The notes under the pieces are model-generated. The model worked only from the letters and a program-made list of their open reading frames with translations. It ran no database searches and was not told the origin of the DNA. Positions 22,963 through 25,456 of a DNA stretch of 25,456 bases are shown here, in pieces; the first letter of the stretch is position 1, and every line of letters starts with the position of its first letter. Made by a program: the position numbers and the translations under genes. Source of the stretch: an archaeon (lineage in GTDB: Archaea > EX4484-52 > B79-G9). The DNA is taken from positions 1 to 25,456 of the forward strand of contig JBDRKP010000056.1 in NCBI GenBank assembly GCA_043813875.1, in the 5' to 3' direction.

Positions 22963-25456
22963 CTATAATGTCTTGAATGTATCGGATAATGCTATCGATG
23001 AGATGCTCTGGGGGTTTGTCAGTTCGATCTGATAATAATAATCTGTGGCTGGATCGAGGCCGATGATTGTCAGCTCATGATGTGCTGCCAAGATGGATAT
23101 TGGCTCGCTATCGCCGTACATGATTGTTTTGCCATATCTGATAACACCGGTTGTCGGAACGTCTGTGTCGAAGGTTATCTTTGCGTCATTGGTTCCAGGC
23201 TCTATTGTGACGGATCCGACGATATTCGGCATATCAGTTATCATTAGATTAACTGTTGCCTCGGCAGGGTTTCCTGTGTTGGGTGTGGCTACGGCCTTTA
23301 TCCTATACATGCCTGTGTCAGTCACGGTTATTGCGCCGGTATATGGCGATGATGAGCCCGGCGAGGCTATCGGAGGACCGTAGGTGCCTGTATCAGAGTC
23401 AAACACGAAGAATTCTACTGAGACTATGCCGGATGAATGGCGGGCGTCTACTGTCAATGTTACAGGGTTATCTACTGTTTCGCCGTCAAGCGGGGAGGTT
23501 ATGTTTATGAATGGATCTGATGTGTCTATACCGGCGATGAATGTGTATTCGGATGATGTGACTGTCTCTGTGCCGTCGCTCGATTCGACGATTATGTAGT
23601 AGTCCTGTTCCGCAATCAGGCCGCCGATTCCGATGCTGTGTGCAAGAAGCTCTGTGGGGTCGGTGATGTCCGTGTACGGGCCGCCGGCTGTCGTGCTGTA
23701 TTTCAGCGTCGAGTCTGAGAGCCTGTTTGTTGTCCATTGGATTGTTACGGATGTTCCTGAAATAGATGCGGTCGGGCCGGATGTTATCTCGAACGGGCCT
23801 GAAAGTGCAAGCGATGGGGGGATTGTACCGTAAGGATTGTTGCATGATGAGCCGTGAGTGTCGCAGAAATGGGTGGCACCGGGTGGGCCGCAGCAGTTCA
23901 TGTCGACGATGGGCACGGTGACATAGAATCTGAACTTGAGCTTTTGCCAGTTGTTTGCCTCTGGATTATATATCTTGTTCCTGTCGTCTGTTATAGTCAC
24001 GAGGAATTTCAGGTTTTTCAGGATGTACCTGCGGTCGTAGTCCATGGTGCACCTGTTTACGTCTGCGTAATTGGTATGGCCACAGCCACCGCTGTCAGGT
24101 TCGCATGTGCAATCTCCGACATCAGCATATGTCGCCTTTATGTATTCAATGTATTCGAATTTTTCTGACTCGATGTGTTCTGCGGTGTCGCATGCGCCCT
24201 TGTTGACGTTGGTAGTGTCGTGGATAGTGTAATATGAGAGCAGGTATTGTATCTGCCATGTCACGCCCTCTGTTGCTGTCAGATCGTCATAATCTGATGC
24301 GAGCTGATTGAGGGCGGCGATGATCGATGTGTAGATCTCTGCGCTTGTATAGGATTTAACTTGGTCGTCCGGGCACCATGCCGGGTCTGTGCAGGTAGGA
24401 TAGCCGCAGTTCTCTCCGGATGGGCCGGAATGGGCGTTCATGTCTAAGTTATAGAGCATGTCCCAGAGGCGGCTCTGGAGGAGTGTCTGTGAGGTGTCTG
24501 TGAATCTTTCCGCGTAGCTGTAGAGTTTGTAGTAGCGGATTTTTACTTCTTCGGTTATGAGGCCGCTGTCGCGTATCTCGGCCAGATTTTTTGTGGGGTC
24601 CATGATATCTTTGACTGTGGCGGTTATCGCGCCCTGTGCCTCGTCGGGCCAGACGATGGCCTGGGTGTTATCATTGTTGCCTCTTGTCATTGAACAGTTG
24701 AGGGGGGCTATGTCTATCCTGATGTCTGCGTCTGCGTTGCGATCTGCCAGGACCGTGGCCATGCTTGCGTGATATTCGTTCAGGTATTGCCTGAGAAGGG
24801 CGTTCGGAGTTGTTATGACGGCTGGATTGTATATGGATGCTGTGATCTGCTTGACCATCGCGACGCCGTCTATGTCGCCGGTCTCGTTCTTTGCGGTTAT
24901 GTGTATTGATGTGGCGAACTCGTCTGCCTTTATTCTTGTGAGTTTGTAGGTGTAGATGCCGTCTTTGGTGATTGTAGGTGGGGTGGTGCCGACGGGCGCA
25001 AGCGAGAGGCATCCTTCGCTTCCAAGGCACGATACTGTGACTTGCCCTTTTTTGAGCATGAGAATCTGGATAGTTATATATAGGGGGTATTTGTCTGCAT
25101 TTATCTCGTCGATGTATTGCCTGTGGGCCTCATTGTTCAAGAAAAGCATAATAAAGCGGTCGCCTAGCATGGTGTTCACGTCGGTGTCTTTGAGGTAGGG
25201 GACGCGCTTCAATGTGTTTTCGCAGTTGGGCACTGTCCAGAAGGGGATCCTTGATAGGAACAGGAACTCGTTGCCGAGGAGGATTTTGGGCTCTTCAGAT
25301 ACTGTGCTGTCAGCGACATCATCGTTGTCTACGTCTATGAGTGACGCTTCTGCATGGCCGCCGTAGGTTGCGAGCTCTTTTGATGCCGAGTTCAATGAGA
25401 AGAAGGCGGCGGTCTTCAAGAAGCCCTGTTTCATGGCCTGGACTTCCTTGTCCATT
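22963..25456 (-). CDS. Large, probably extracellular protein with Cys-rich region and C-terminal FN3-like / Ig-like / FN3-like domains; 5' end probably outside the window
   Basis: 830-aa frame open to the window edge; VTIQWTTNRLSDSTLKY…GLIAEQDYYI, PFINITSPLDGETV…SVEF and AKITFDTDVPTTGVIRYG…GLDPATDYYY. Confidence 0.8.
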   Translation of the reverse strand, partial: MDKEVQAMKQGFLKTAAFFSLNSASKELATYGGHAEASLIDVDNDDVADSTVSEEPKILLGNEFLFLSRIPFWTVPNCENTLKRVPYLKDTDVNTMLGDRFIMLFLNNEAHRQYIDEINADKYPLYITIQILMLKKGQVTVSCLGSEGCLSLAPVGTTPPTITKDGIYTYKLTRIKADEFATSIHITAKNETGDIDGVAMVKQITASIYNPAVITTPNALLRQYLNEYHASMATVLADRNADADIRIDIAPLNCSMTRGNNDNTQAIVWPDEAQGAITATVKDIMDPTKNLAEIRDSGLITEEVKIRYYKLYSYAERFTDTSQTLLQSRLWDMLYNLDMNAHSGPSGENCGYPTCTDPAWCPDDQVKSYTSAEIYTSIIAALNQLASDYDDLTATEGVTWQIQYLLSYYTIHDTTNVNKGACDTAEHIESEKFEYIEYIKATYADVGDCTCEPDSGGCGHTNYADVNRCTMDYDRRYILKNLKFLVTITDDRNKIYNPEANNWQKLKFRFYVTVPIVDMNCCGPPGATHFCDTHGSSCNNPYGTIPPSLALSGPFEITSGPTASISGTSVTIQWTTNRLSDSTLKYSTTAGGPYTDITDPTELLAHSIGIGGLIAEQDYYIIVESSDGTETVTSSEYTFIAGIDTSDPFINITSPLDGETVDNPVTLTVDARHSSGIVSVEFFVFDSDTGTYGPPIASPGSSSPYTGAITVTDTGMYRIKAVATPNTGNPAEATVNLMITDMPNIVGSVTIEPGTNDAKITFDTDVPTTGVIRYGKTIMYGDSEPISILAAHHELTIIGLDPATDYYYQIELTNPQSISSIALSDTFKTL

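Overview
Archaeal chromosome segment, probably from a DPANN-like lineage. This is inferred from an archaeal/eukaryote-type ProRS, split-type GMP synthase subunit B, two geranylgeranyl reductases with a ferredoxin, GGTGA-type Shine-Dalgarno sites and TATA-like promoters. The first ~17.4 kb is mostly housekeeping: cold-shock protein, FKBP PPIase, aldehyde dehydrogenase, Cys-rich lipoprotein, proS, yggS, Nif3-like, Lrp, glnA, guaAB, rsmA, TtuA-like, wHTH, uppS, 2x GGR and ferredoxin. The main candidate for an undescribed system is a RiPP-like cluster at 17582-22920. It has HxsD-, HxsC- and HxsB-like genes (His-Xaa-Ser radical SAM system), but its small precursor has no HxS repeat and instead ends in a strictly alternating Trp-Xaa tract (WNWSWCWSWGWGW). 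A U32-family Fe-S protein is embedded in the cluster, and a membrane protein with partial prepilin-peptidase (A24) resemblance is translationally coupled to it. Other oddities: (1) a B3/4 editing-type domain fused to ProRS with a retained internal SD+ATG; (2) an intact stand-alone copy of the glutamine synthetase N-terminal domain lacking the catalytic Asp, directly upstream of glnA; (3) a short intergenic hairpin repeat whose two copies show compensatory base changes; (4) degenerate Nif3 and TtuA homologs. No tRNA, rRNA, CRISPR array or transposase was recognised. All family calls come from motif recognition by eye; no searches were run.
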